Origin: Nitrosopumilus sp.
GTDB taxonomy: Archaea > Thermoproteota > Nitrososphaeria > Nitrososphaerales > Nitrosopumilaceae
Length of the DNA stretch: 64,000 bases
Direction: 5' to 3'
NCBI GenBank assembly: GCA_965224195.1
Contig: OZ245040.1
Coordinates: forward strand, 608,001 to 672,000
Numbering within the stretch: position 1 is the stretch's first letter; every line of letters starts with the position of its first letter. Both the position numbers and the translations under genes were made by a program. Below the pieces are notes generated by a model. It saw only the letters and a program-made list of their open reading frames with translations. It ran no database searches and was not told where the DNA came from. Of this stretch, positions 11,383 through 21,171 are shown piece by piece.

Positions 11383-11973
11383 TTGAGCGCACAAGAATAT
11401 AGACACATTGTTAGAATTGTAGGAAACGATATCCGTGGAGAGAGAAAAATGGTTATCGGATTAACCCAGATTAAGGGTCTTGGCTTCATGTTTGCAACGG
11501 CTATTCTTGATACTCTAAAAATTAATCCTAATTCCAATATCGGTAATCTTACAGATGAAAATGTTCAAGCAATTGAAAAAGTAATTACAGATCCAATTGC
11601 AAATAATATTCCAACATGGTTCCTTAACAGAAGAAAAGATATTGAGACTGGTGCAGATTTACATTTGTTAACATCAGATATTCCATTTACATTAAGAAAT
11701 GATATTGAAAGAGAAAGAATTGCTGCTAGTTGGAGAGGTTATCGTCATCTAAGTGGCCTTAAAGTTAGAGGACAAAGAACTAGAACTTCAGGTAGAAAAG
11801 GTGGAGCAGTTGGTGTCGCTAAAGGTGGATTGGCAGCTCCAGTTAAGAAAGGTGGTGCAGGAGCTCCGGCAGCAGTAGCAGCAGACGGTGCAGATACAGC
11901 AGCAGCTCCGGCAGTAGAAAAACCAGCAGCTCCGGCAGTAGAAAAACCAGCAGCAGCGGAGAAAAAAGAATAG
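11383..11973 (+). CDS. rps13: 30S ribosomal protein S13 with Ala/Pro-rich tail
   Basis: [28 protein letters not shown]. Confidence 0.97.
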   Translation: MSAQEYRHIVRIVGNDIRGERKMVIGLTQIKGLGFMFATAILDTLKINPNSNIGNLTDENVQAIEKVITDPIANNIPTWFLNRRKDIETGADLHLLTSDIPFTLRNDIERERIAASWRGYRHLSGLKVRGQRTRTSGRKGGAVGVAKGGLAAPVKKGGAGAPAAVAADGADTAAAPAVEKPAAPAVEKPAAAEKKE

Positions 11974-11982
11974 GTGTTTTGA

Positions 11983-12579
11983 ATGGGAGATCCTAAATAT
12001 CCACGTAAAGTCTGGAGAAAGCCAAAGAGACCACTCAATTATGAATTAAAAATGGAAGAGTTAGAAACTCTAGGAACATTTGGATTAAGAACTAAAAGAG
12101 AATTATGGAAAGCACATACAGAATTATCACGTGTAAGACATCAAGCAAGATCATTACTTGCATTAAGACAAGAAGTCAGAGCAGAGAAAGAACCAATTTT
12201 AATGAAATCTCTTGCAAGAATTGGTTTAGTGTCAGGAGATGCAACATTAGATGACGTACTCAATTTAAATGCAAAAGATTTACTTTCACGAAGATTACAA
12301 ACTATTGTTTCAAAGAAACTTGGATTTAAAACACCTTATCAAGCAAGACAAGCAGTCATTCACGGTCACATCATGATTGGTGAAAGAAAAGTCAACATTC
12401 CTTCCTATACGGTAACAATTGAAGAAGAAAGCAGTGTTCGTTTTACACCAGAATCAAAGATTCCTGAAATGTTAGAAAAAACAAAGAAAGAAGAACCAAA
12501 AATAGAAGCTACAGAAGAAGGAACAACTGAGGCTCCTGCAACTGAAGCCCCAAAAGATAAAAGTTCTTCAACAGAATAA
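11983..12579 (+). CDS. rps4: 30S ribosomal protein S4
   Basis: MGDPKYPRKVW, RRLQTIV, ARQAVIHGHI. Confidence 0.97.
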   Translation: MGDPKYPRKVWRKPKRPLNYELKMEELETLGTFGLRTKRELWKAHTELSRVRHQARSLLALRQEVRAEKEPILMKSLARIGLVSGDATLDDVLNLNAKDLLSRRLQTIVSKKLGFKTPYQARQAVIHGHIMIGERKVNIPSYTVTIEEESSVRFTPESKIPEMLEKTKKEEPKIEATEEGTTEAPATEAPKDKSSSTE

Positions 12580-12631
12580 TCGAAAAAATAGGCTTATCAG
12601 TAAATAACCCCAATTATCAAAGAGAATCATA

Positions 12632-14392
12632 ATGTGTTCAATTATCGGTTATTACGGAAAGAAATTTGCGGCACCTATCATTGTAAATGGATTAAAAAGA
12701 ATGGAGTATCGTGGATACGACAGTGTTGGGGTAGCAACTGAATCAAATAATCAAATTGAATTAAAAAAAGGAATTGGGAAAGTCAATGAAGTTAATTCAA
12801 AGATTCAGTTAGATTTACTTCCTGGAAAAATAGGTATCGGACATACTAGATGGGCTACTCATGGAAAAGTTACAGAATTTAATGCACACCCACATCCAAG
12901 TAATTCAGGAAAAATTGCAATTGTGCATAATGGAATTATAGAAAATTTTGAAGAATTAAAAAAACAATTAGAATGTGAAGGATATAATTTCAAAAGTGAA
13001 ACAGACAGTGAAATTATTGCAAACTTACTTCAGAAACACTATGAAAAAACAGGAGATGTTAAAGAAACGATTTTGAAAACAGTTTCAGAAATTAAAGGTC
13101 ATTATGCATTTGTTGCAATGTTTGAAAATGGGCAACTGGCTGCTGCAAGATTTCATGAACCATTAATTATAGGAGTAGGACAAGATGATTTCTTTCTATC
13201 TAGTGATGTTTTAGGTTTTATTGAATATACTGATGATGCAATTTATTTAGAAAATGGAAATTTTGTAATTTTAGAAGAAAAGAAATTCCAAATTTTAGAT
13301 TTTGAAGGAGAACATGCAAAATATGGAATTACTAAAGTATCTAAAGAATTTGGAAATACTTACAAAGGGGATTATGCACATTTCACATTAAAAGAAATTT
13401 ACGAACAACATGAAACCATACTAAAAGCTGGAGAGAAAACAGAGGAAGCAATAGAAAAAGCAGCAGATCATATCAAACATGCAAAAAATATCTATGTTAC
13501 AGGCAGTGGAACCAGCTATAATTCAGCACTAATTGCAAAGCAAATCTTTTCAAAATATGCCAAGATTAAAGCAGAACCAATCATGTCAAGTGAACTCCAG
13601 TTTGCACCGGAGAGTATTGAAGAAAATTCTATCATAATAGCATTATCTCAGAGTGGAGAAAGTGCAGATGTTTTAGAGGCAGTGAAAATTGGAAAACAAG
13701 CAAACTGTAAAATCATAGCAATAGTGAATTTAATGACATCTTCGCTTGTTCGAGAAGCAGATATTGTAATTGGAATGAATTGCGGACCAGAAATCGGCGT
13801 AGCCGCTACAAAAAGTTTCACATCTCAGTTGGTGATACTCTACAAAATAGTACAGAAATTAACTGATAATAAAATAACAATTAATTTTGAAAAGTTTGCT
13901 GAATCAATTTTAAAAATATTAGAAAATCCAGTAAAGATTCAAAAAATTGCAAAAGAGATGAAAAATATTTCAGATATCTATGTACTTGGCAGAGGGATTA
14001 ATTATCCAATTGCAAAAGAGGCAGCTTTGAAATTAAAAGAATTGACATACATTCATGCTGAAGGGATTCCAGGTGGAGAATTAAAACATGGACCTCTTGC
14101 ATTAATGGATTCAAATGTATTTGTAATTATAATAAATCCAAATGATTCTACGTATTCAGATACGTTAACCAGTGCAAGAGAAATTAAAGCTCGTGGCGCA
14201 AAAATCATCGGAGTTTCAGATATTGAAAGTGATATTTACGATTATTGGATAGAAATGCCAAAAATAGATCAAGTGTTATATCCAATCTCAGAAATCATTC
14301 CAATTCAATTTTTATCATATTATGCAGCACTTGAGAAAGATACAGATCCGGATTATCCTAGAAATCTTGCAAAATCAGTTACAGTGAAGTAA
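12632..14392 (+). CDS. glmS: Glutamine--fructose-6-phosphate aminotransferase
   Basis: N-terminal Cys, EYRGYDS, GHTRWATHG, PRNLAKSVTV. Confidence 0.97.
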   Translation: MCSIIGYYGKKFAAPIIVNGLKRMEYRGYDSVGVATESNNQIELKKGIGKVNEVNSKIQLDLLPGKIGIGHTRWATHGKVTEFNAHPHPSNSGKIAIVHNGIIENFEELKKQLECEGYNFKSETDSEIIANLLQKHYEKTGDVKETILKTVSEIKGHYAFVAMFENGQLAAARFHEPLIIGVGQDDFFLSSDVLGFIEYTDDAIYLENGNFVILEEKKFQILDFEGEHAKYGITKVSKEFGNTYKGDYAHFTLKEIYEQHETILKAGEKTEEAIEKAADHIKHAKNIYVTGSGTSYNSALIAKQIFSKYAKIKAEPIMSSELQFAPESIEENSIIIALSQSGESADVLEAVKIGKQANCKIIAIVNLMTSSLVREADIVIGMNCGPEIGVAATKSFTSQLVILYKIVQKLTDNKITINFEKFAESILKILENPVKIQKIAKEMKNISDIYVLGRGINYPIAKEAALKLKELTYIHAEGIPGGELKHGPLALMDSNVFVIIINPNDSTYSDTLTSAREIKARGAKIIGVSDIESDIYDYWIEMPKIDQVLYPISEIIPIQFLSYYAALEKDTDPDYPRNLAKSVTVK

Positions 14393-15443
14393 ACAATCTA
14401 TGATATTCTTTTTCTGTAATTTCTAAAAATTTTGTAGAATCATTTCCAGTTTTAATCATTGAAGAGATAATGCTACCACCTGCCCCTACTCCTTCTTTTG
14501 CAAATCCTTCAGAAAATGCTTTCAGACCAGCATGTTTTGAATTTTTCAGGCCTGGATTTACAGAGATTGTTGGAATATCAGCAATTTCAGATACAAGACT
14601 AGTAAAATTTGCACTTTCATCATTAGTAATGTACGAAGTAGTTCCAATTGCAGTGTTTTCTTCATTAAAACCAATTTTTTCTGCAAAAGCCAAAACTGCA
14701 GCCATCTGAGTTCCTCCAGCCAACATTACATTAGATACACTAGATGCAGAACTTAGCATTCCGGCTACAAATGGAATCATCGGATCACCAACTTTAGCTA
14801 CAATACTGTATGGATGATCAGAATCTATTCTTTCAAGTGCAGATTTAACAATTTGATTTTTTAATTCAACAGGATTGTTTGGAATGCTGGAACTAACTTT
14901 AGCATCATAACCTAATGCTTTTAGAACAGCTAAAGCAGTAGTAGTTCCACCAGGAATACTTTCACCAATAATCAAACAATCTGTAAGTGATGCCATACTT
15001 CTCCCCATAATTCTACCATAATCAACAGCGTGAGATACTTGTGAATCAGTCATAGCATCCTCAGTTGAAATATTTTTTCCAAAAGACATACCAGTATCAA
15101 TAAAAGGAAGTTGTGGAGAAATTTTACTTCCAGCATTAATTGTCAAGTGTGGAATACTAGCTGATTCTAATGCAGTTTTTGTTAATAATCCAGGAGTGGG
15201 TTTGCCATCAGGAGTCATTGGGATTTTATCAATAGTTTTACAGTATCCATAATGAAGATATTCAGCATCAGCAGGAGGAGTGAATTGAATTGAATCCTTG
15301 TCTGCACCTGCAAAGGTAATTCCAGGAATTTCACAAGTTTCAGTATAAGAAATTACAAAAGAGAAAAGAAATTTTTTAGATTTCATTGATTCAATAAAAA
15401 AATTTCCTTGCTCTACATTTCCAAAAAGTTCAAAATTTTCCAT
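14379..15443 (-). CDS. cobT: Archaeal CobT-type nicotinate-nucleotide phosphoribosyltransferase
   Basis: TPPADAE, GESIPGGTTTA, LAGGTQM, KEGVGAGG. Confidence 0.85.
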   Translation of the reverse strand: MENFELFGNVEQGNFFIESMKSKKFLFSFVISYTETCEIPGITFAGADKDSIQFTPPADAEYLHYGYCKTIDKIPMTPDGKPTPGLLTKTALESASIPHLTINAGSKISPQLPFIDTGMSFGKNISTEDAMTDSQVSHAVDYGRIMGRSMASLTDCLIIGESIPGGTTTALAVLKALGYDAKVSSSIPNNPVELKNQIVKSALERIDSDHPYSIVAKVGDPMIPFVAGMLSSASSVSNVMLAGGTQMAAVLAFAEKIGFNEENTAIGTTSYITNDESANFTSLVSEIADIPTISVNPGLKNSKHAGLKAFSEGFAKEGVGAGGSIISSMIKTGNDSTKFLEITEKEYHRLFTSL

Positions 15444-15451
15444 TATATTCC

Positions 15452-16060
15452 CTAACCCATCATATCAAGAAACTGTTGTTCAGTTCTTTTTTGCATCACA
15501 TGATTAGTGATTTTTTCTTTCCCCAAGGTTGAGATTTCAGCACCACCATAATTATGTCCTGAATACATGACTAGATTTTCATCTAATTTGTGCAATACAT
15601 CAAATAGACTATGATAGAGATCTTTTGCACTTCCTCCAGGTAAATCAATTTTTCCACAATTTCCAACAAATAATGTATCACCAGAAAAAATTTTCCCATC
15701 ACCTACAAGACAAACACTATCTTGAGAATGACCTGGAGTGTGAAGCACTTTTAATTTAGAATTTCCAAATTCAATAAAATCCCCATCCTTTACAGTAATG
15801 TCATGTTTTAATTCTGAAGATTCATGTTGGATGATCGGAGCTTTAGTAGATTCAACCATTGCTTCATTTCCCAAAGTATGATCAAAATGATGATGAGTAT
15901 TTACAATGTATTTAATTTTTAGATTATTTTTTTTAATAATCATCTCTAATTCAATTAAATCCCACGAAGGATCAATTATGATTGCTTCACTAGTATCTTC
16001 ATCTTCAACAATGTAGGAGAAATTCTGCATGTTTCCAACTTGAATTTGATGTACTTTCAT
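15452..16060 (-). CDS. MBL-fold hydrolase (glyoxalase II-like)
   Basis: THHHFDH, HTPGHS, SGDTLF. Confidence 0.9.
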   Translation of the reverse strand: MKVHQIQVGNMQNFSYIVEDEDTSEAIIIDPSWDLIELEMIIKKNNLKIKYIVNTHHHFDHTLGNEAMVESTKAPIIQHESSELKHDITVKDGDFIEFGNSKLKVLHTPGHSQDSVCLVGDGKIFSGDTLFVGNCGKIDLPGGSAKDLYHSLFDVLHKLDENLVMYSGHNYGGAEISTLGKEKITNHVMQKRTEQQFLDMMG

Positions 16061-16701
16061 AGAATTCCCTCTTCAGCTTCAGGTGGAATTCCAATTTTTT
16101 CTGCAAACAGTTCACCAGTCAAATCTTTTCGTTTAGGAATTCCTTGTTTCATTTTATGAAAAGTAACTGTCATATCACATTTTGAGCAAATATTGGCAAT
16201 TTCACCTGTTTGTGGATCCAATCCAGAAGGAACATCCACTGCAAATTTGTAACAATTCGTTTCATTAATGAAATTAATTGCAGATGTGTATGGTTCTCGA
16301 ATATCTCCAGATATTCCAGTTCCCAAAATTCCATCAACTATTACATCAGGTTTAAAATCAAATTCAAAAGTATCACCGGACATTAATTTTATAGAGGGCA
16401 TTTTTTGTAAAATTGACCAATTCCAATTACTCTCTTCAGTTTTTATTTTCTCAGGACTGCCCAATAGCATTACTGTAACTTTAGCGTCATAGCCAGCCAG
16501 ATGTCTGGCCATTACCAAACCATCTCCGCCATTATTTCCCAATCCAACAAAAATCAGAATATTTTTTGATTTTACATCTATTTTTTCAAGTAAACGCCTA
16601 ACTGCTGCAGCTCCCGCATTTTCCATCATGAATTTTTTCAAAAATCCCATGTCATGACCTTTGTTTTCAATATTGTACATTTGATCAACTGTAATGTCCA
16701 T
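16057..16701 (-). CDS. nnrE: NAD(P)H-hydrate epimerase (YjeF N-terminal domain)
   Basis: MENAG, GLGNNGGDG, VDGILGTG, AVDVPSG. Confidence 0.92.
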   Translation of the reverse strand: MDITVDQMYNIENKGHDMGFLKKFMMENAGAAAVRRLLEKIDVKSKNILIFVGLGNNGGDGLVMARHLAGYDAKVTVMLLGSPEKIKTEESNWNWSILQKMPSIKLMSGDTFEFDFKPDVIVDGILGTGISGDIREPYTSAINFINETNCYKFAVDVPSGLDPQTGEIANICSKCDMTVTFHKMKQGIPKRKDLTGELFAEKIGIPPEAEEGIL

Positions 16702-16794
16702 ATCATTGATGAAATTATATCTAAAATAAGAGCTTTGTACATATGATCTGTGCCTTTTTAATTTGATTTGGCGTAATGTCGAAAGGTGTTGTGA

Positions 16795-17281
16795 ATGAGT
16801 AACATGAATGGGATTACTAGGAAGAAATTGTATCCTATAATTGTCAGCAGAGATGGTGAATACTGTAAATGTTGTGGGGTATTATCTACTGAACAACAAT
16901 TAGTTATTGATCATAAAGATAATGATAACTCTAACAATGGTTTACTGAATCTCCAGTTGTTATGCCGTACATGTAATTATCTTAAGAATCCTAGACAACC
17001 ACTCGATAATGTGAGTGAGTGCTTGAATGTACATGAAACAGAATTACAAAAAAAGTCAAAGATCTGAACCTCTTTTCAAATCATTTGTTTTACATGAAAT
17101 AAATGAATTAAGCGAAGTGTCTGAATACGATTTAATTAATTCGGGAGCAGAAGACGTTGGTATTTCTCCAGTCACAGCAAAACGATATTTGAATAAAATG
17201 TGTTCGTCTAGAGGTATTTTACAAAGAAATATGAGAATTAAAACAATAATGATACAATACAAAGATGAGTTGTTTGTATAG
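16795..17281 (+). pseudogene. HNH endonuclease with C-terminal HTH-like domain, frameshifted at an A7 run
   Basis: RDGEYCKCCG...IDHKDNDNSNN...LLCRTCN; removing one A at 17048-17054 joins ELQK to SQRSEP...GISPVTAKRYLNKM. Confidence 0.75.
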
Positions 17282-17336
17282 TGAATGATGTTAGATTACA
17301 TAATTCATTTTTAAATAGTTAAAATTTAATTCTATC

Positions 17337-17873
17337 ATGACATTATATCTTGACACAGCTTGCTGGTATCGCCCATTTGAAAACCATACGATTCAAGCAA
17401 GATTAGATGAACAAGAATCAATAATTTCTATTTTAGAAGAAAATGAGACTGGAAGTCCAACATTTGAAATACTTTCTTGTAAATTACAAGTAAATCAAGT
17501 CTATGATAAACTACATAGTTTAAACACATCTCCTGATGAAAAATTGGTTTTACCACTGATCATCGATTCCATTGAAACCCATACTAGAAGCTCAACAAAT
17601 AAAAATCCATTTCAAGTGAAACAATTTCTTAATAATTTTGTGAGTGCTACTAATTTACCTGATAGCGAAGATTCTAAACAAATAATCACATCTTGGATTT
17701 TAAGAGCAGATTATTTTTTAACCACTGATTATTCTACTATTCTTAATATCAATGATAATCGTCAAATCGAAACTTTTCTAGATTCTCAAATTCATCCAAT
17801 TTTAGGTACACATGGAAATATAGTGGAAATTCGTGATCCTGTTACGAGATTAAAAGAACTTTTGAGTAATTAG
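17337..17873 (+). CDS. PIN-domain (VapC-like) toxin
   Basis: LYLDTACWYRPF...RLDE, EDSKQI, ADYFLTTD acidic PIN motifs. Confidence 0.8.
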   Translation: MTLYLDTACWYRPFENHTIQARLDEQESIISILEENETGSPTFEILSCKLQVNQVYDKLHSLNTSPDEKLVLPLIIDSIETHTRSSTNKNPFQVKQFLNNFVSATNLPDSEDSKQIITSWILRADYFLTTDYSTILNINDNRQIETFLDSQIHPILGTHGNIVEIRDPVTRLKELLSN

Positions 17874-17931
17874 TTTGTTACTAAACACTCCTGACTCAAG
17901 TTTAAATATTGTATATTGTACTTTATTATAT

Positions 17932-18339
17932 ATGTCTTCTGAGAATTCCTCTGATTTTAAAAAATTGATTAAAGAAGTTGGAATAAGAAAAGCAATTGAA
18001 ATTATGAAAGAAAAAGGAATTGTATATTCTGGTGACTTTACAGTTGATCATAGAACTGATTCATTCTTTTCTTGTCCTAATGTCTTTGAAAATCAAAAAA
18101 TGAATAATTCCCTAGATTGTTCATATGATATTGTTTATTCTTCTATTTATCCGTCAGGAAATCTGTTTTTACAAAATTCCTATTTGTTAAGCAATCCTGT
18201 TGAAAAAATTCCTTACCCTAATTCTATTTTTAATGTAATTGATCTTACTATGGTATCAGATAATCATTTAGAATCACAAGAAACTACTTCAGGTTTAATG
18301 TTGACACCATCTCCAAAATACCCAACAGCTAATAGATAA
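17932..18339 (+). CDS. Putative antitoxin with C-terminal extension
   Basis: LIKEVGIRKAIEIM...SGDFTVDHR resembles the 'L..ELG...A.RF...GDYT.ER' partners of this PIN subfamily. Confidence 0.5.
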   Translation: MSSENSSDFKKLIKEVGIRKAIEIMKEKGIVYSGDFTVDHRTDSFFSCPNVFENQKMNNSLDCSYDIVYSSIYPSGNLFLQNSYLLSNPVEKIPYPNSIFNVIDLTMVSDNHLESQETTSGLMLTPSPKYPTANR

Positions 18340-18340
18340 A

Positions 18341-18811
18341 ATGTCAGCTAGACAATTACCAAATAATTTTGAAATAGTGGAGTTTGAACCAATTGAAGAA
18401 AATTGGAATACATATGAATTACAAAATGGAACTGTTGTCAGAGGTAGAATAATTGTCACAAGATTTGCGAAAGATCCACATGATAATGATCCTAACAAAT
18501 TATCTCTATCAAGTCAGAATATTTTTGTTGTTGATGCTGCTCCAAATCAAAGATCAACTCCAACTGATCCATTATCTCCTCAAGAAATACAAAATCCACA
18601 AGGTACTCCAATAGATATTCTTCTAAACAATGAAAGGTGGAATAAATATAGAATTCCACAACTAGGTGTTGTAATTAAAGTGAAATTAGTTGTTGATGAT
18701 GCAATCAGAATAGATGGTAAATTTGATAATGATGGAATGCCTCAATATGTCTTCCATTCAACGCCTCTTGTATTACCTGATAGAAGGGCAAATCCAAATG
18801 ATCGTACCTAA
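18341..18811 (+). CDS. Hypothetical protein with an internal domain duplication
   Basis: EENWNTYELQNGTVVRGRIIV repeated as NERWNKYRIPQLGVVIKVKLVV. Confidence 0.75.
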   Translation: MSARQLPNNFEIVEFEPIEENWNTYELQNGTVVRGRIIVTRFAKDPHDNDPNKLSLSSQNIFVVDAAPNQRSTPTDPLSPQEIQNPQGTPIDILLNNERWNKYRIPQLGVVIKVKLVVDDAIRIDGKFDNDGMPQYVFHSTPLVLPDRRANPNDRT

Positions 18812-18834
18812 GAAAATAATTTAATCACATTCCT

Positions 18835-19787
18835 TTAAGACGACTTCGATTCTTTTGGAAATGAAATCAGCGTGACAAAAATACCTAATATATATAAAAA
18901 TCCAGCCAATACTAAAACTGTTATTTCGTTTGAATTTGAAATAACGTAAATTATATTTAAGATAATTGCTGGTAAAATTCCAATTGCACCAAAATTAATC
19001 GTATCTAATCTTCTAATTTTTATTTTTTCGTCTTTGGAAGAGTCCATCCAAAAATTTATTCCTATAAAAAATAATAATAACCCTGTTCCTAAAACTGTAA
19101 ATCCTAATGTCAAAAAGGTCATAGCTTTTTGTCCTACTGATTCATCGAGTAAATTTCCCAATGTTCTATTTACCCAATTTTCTCCTATTTCATTTGCATT
19201 TGTTACATTACTTGAAAGTGAATAATGTACAATACTCCCATTTTGAATTTCCATTGATACAATTGCAAAGTTAACTCCAGATTTTTGAAATGTATGTGAT
19301 TTGAATACGTTTAGTGTAAATGGTTCTTTTGTACCTTTAACATCATCGCCTTCCAAATTAAATTTTAAATGAAAAATATTTTCTACACTTATAGCTGGAA
19401 TTCGACCCATTTCATCGGTAATTTTGTAAAAATTATCTTCATTATTATTTTCAAAAAAATTCGTTGCATCTTCGTGATAAATGTGAATTATAGATTCTTT
19501 TGGAACTTCTTTTGTAACAATATGGGCCCTTATTTCCAAATTTTGCCCAACCTCTACAGGATCTCTATCTGATTGTGAAATGACTATATTTTTCATCCAA
19601 TACAACTCAACTGATTCATCTAAATCAATTTTTGAAATCTTTTCATCAGATTCTATTTGTGTTTGATTACTGTCACTGAAAATATCATTCATAGTAAAAA
19701 AAATCCTGCCATTACAAACATCCCTAATGATGAAACCAAAGCAAAACTAGCTAAACCTGATTTAATATTACTATGTGTGATTATCAT
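18835..19787 (-). pseudogene. Membrane protein whose N-terminal anchor is frameshifted at an A8 run
   Basis: The 285-aa ORF has three C-terminal TMs; an upstream hydrophobic ORF (ATG 19787) joins in frame if the run at 19696-19703 is A9. Confidence 0.55.
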
Positions 19788-20171
19788 ATGTTATTTGATT
19801 ACCGTACCTATTTTTAAATCCAAAAACTGTCATCAGACAAGAGAAATTCCACATATTGTGGCTATGAATTTTCTAATAATATCTAAGAATTAAAAAATAG
19901 TTTGTTTTAGCCATAAAACATACGTGAAAGCTAAGAGCTTTGCAAGTATTAAAAATGTCTAAAAAAGGAAATTCTGTGATCAGATACTAACCAAAATAAT
20001 GATTCATTCCAACAATCACAATAGCCATCCCCAATGCAGCATATCCAAGATTTACAATATTTTGAGGTTCCATCACACCACAATAGTTAATCAAGTACTT
20101 TAGCTAGATGTTTTGTATTATTCCTAAGTGTTGGCAAACGGCTTTATCCTAGTTTTAAAACATTGGAAAGC

Positions 20172-20786
20172 ATGACATTAAAAAATGTAAAACCATCATT
20201 AAATAAGATTGCAAAGGATTTAGGATCAGTTCAAGATGCTAGGGAATTTCTATTAAAAAACACTAGAGAAATTATTATTCTATGTAGTAAATCAATCATC
20301 GCAGTCCATAAAGGAGATTTAACAACTGGAAAAAATAATCTAAAACAAGCAGAGACATTGTTAAAAAAATATAAGAAAAAAGCAACTGGCGGACTAAGGA
20401 GATATCTTATAACTCCAGAACAAGAATTTGTAGAAGCTGCATGTTTGATTGCAATTGTTGAAAAAAAAGAAATTCCTTCAGATAAAAAATTGGCAGTGAT
20501 GCCAGAATCATATGTTTTAGGATTACTGGATTGTGTAGGAGAATTGAAAAGACAGGTATTTGATAAAATTAGAATTGATGATATTGATGAAGCAACAAGA
20601 ATTTTTGAAACAATGGAAAACTTGTATCTTCAACTGTATACCTTTTCAATGTACGATAAAGTAGTAAAAGAAGCTAGAAGAAAAATTGATGTCAATAGAA
20701 TACTAGTAGATGATGTCAGATCAGTAATTACCGAAGAAAAAAGAAGAACAGAATTAATCAAAATTTTAAAGAAATTAGAGAAATAG
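20172..20786 (+). CDS. Translin/Trax-family RNA-binding protein
   Basis: QEFVEA, YVLGLLDCVGELKR, RRKID. Confidence 0.88.
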   Translation: MTLKNVKPSLNKIAKDLGSVQDAREFLLKNTREIIILCSKSIIAVHKGDLTTGKNNLKQAETLLKKYKKKATGGLRRYLITPEQEFVEAACLIAIVEKKEIPSDKKLAVMPESYVLGLLDCVGELKRQVFDKIRIDDIDEATRIFETMENLYLQLYTFSMYDKVVKEARRKIDVNRILVDDVRSVITEEKRRTELIKILKKLEK

Positions 20787-20795
20787 GTAAACTAG

Positions 20796-20883
20796 TGGTG
20801 CGGACGATGGGATTTGAACCCACGAACTCCTGAGAGACTAGCCCCTCAAGCTAGCGCCTTTGGCCAGGCTGGGCGACGTCCGC
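20796..20883 (-). tRNA. tRNA-Leu(GAG), CCA encoded
   Basis: GCGGACG/CGTCCGC acceptor stem, CTAGC-TTGAGGG-GCTAG anticodon arm, long variable arm, GGTTCAAATCC. Confidence 0.95.
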
Positions 20884-20933
20884 AAAGAAATTTTCTTGCA
20901 TGGTTTTTATAATCCTTGGTTACTTTTTCGTTT

Positions 20934-21170
20934 GTGTTAATTCCTGTTAGATGTTTAACGTGTGGAAAATTAATTGCTGATAAATTTGAAGATTATCAAA
21001 ATAAAATTAAAGCAGGAGAAGATCCTACAAAAACTCTCAATTCTTTAGGTCTTGAGAGATATTGTTGTAGAAGAATGCTTTTGACTACTGTAGAAACAAT
21101 ACAACAAGTAATTCCATTTTACGAAGCAATTCAGAGAAGAAAACAAGAAGTTCAATCTGAGTTAGAATAA
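20934..21170 (+). CDS. rpoN: RNA polymerase subunit N (Rpo10)
   Basis: GTG start, LIPVRCLTCGK, RYCCRRMLL. Confidence 0.96.
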   Translation: MLIPVRCLTCGKLIADKFEDYQNKIKAGEDPTKTLNSLGLERYCCRRMLLTTVETIQQVIPFYEAIQRRKQEVQSELE

Positions 21171-21171
21171 C

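Larger units (their letters stand above)
16727..19942. mobile_element. 3.2-kb accessory cassette bounded by an 11-bp direct repeat
   Basis: taagagctttg at 16727-16737 and 19932-19942 encloses HNH, PIN and unknown genes between core nnrE and translin. Confidence 0.55.

Noticed and set aside
11860-11960. 24-bp repeats in the rps13 tail (and an 18-bp duplication at the rps2 end, 22991-23044)
   Set aside because: Low-complexity variable tails are common on these ribosomal proteins; there is no sign of a separate function.
19951-20073. Small minus-strand hydrophobic ORF (MEPQNIVNLGYAALGMAIVIVGMNHYFG*)
   Set aside because: Only 28 codons before a TAG; cannot distinguish a micro-gene or pseudogene from chance.
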